DNA of 64,000 nucleotides from Octopus vulgaris. Lineage: Eukaryota. The position numbers and the translations under genes were made by a program. The notes below the pieces were generated by a model. It had not been told where the DNA came from and did not search any database. It saw nothing but the letters and a program-made list of their open reading frames with translations. The stretch is from positions 70,246,001 through 70,310,000 of the forward strand of contig OX597831.1 of the NCBI GenBank assembly GCA_951406725.2, in the 5' to 3' direction. This document shows, piece by piece, positions 63,973-64,000 of this stretch (the first letter of the stretch is position 1; every line of letters starts with the position of its first letter).

Positions 63973-64000
63973 GTCAAATAGTGCCGGACATAAATTGATC

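Overview
Eukaryotic, AT-rich DNA saturated with repeats. The microsatellite load [(TA)n, (CA)n, (TAT)n, (CATA)n, (GATA)n] and the SINE repertoire resemble octopus (coleoid cephalopod) genomes; this is a recognition-based inference. No host protein-coding gene is securely identifiable. Most ORFs in the track are microsatellite or SINE read-throughs. The window is a nested collection of mostly decayed mobile elements: several tRNA-derived SINE families; CR1/L2-group and RTE LINE fragments; about seven R4/Dong-like (RLE) non-LTR fragments; Penelope-like remnants (one GIY-YIG fragment and inverted pLTR structures); two mariners, a Tc1, a maT-like element and a Chapaev3; piggyBac- and hAT/Charlie-type MITEs; Helitron ends; and a 5S rRNA retrocopy. 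Four observations stand out. (1) At least four sequence-distinct lineages of minimal type-I hammerhead ribozymes occur in Penelope-like repeats, including one with an intact core in both arms of an inverted repeat and one with a U3:A8 core variant. (2) A ~555-bp non-coding element occurs six times, always in (TAA)n tracts and with one-sided truncation; it is a candidate non-autonomous partner of the Dong/R4 LINE. (3) A 5S rRNA copy is fused to a LINE-like 3' tail that is also shared by the dominant SINE. (4) A SINE trimer lies inside a single 23-bp target-site duplication (TSD). All coordinates were read by eye and element edges are approximate.
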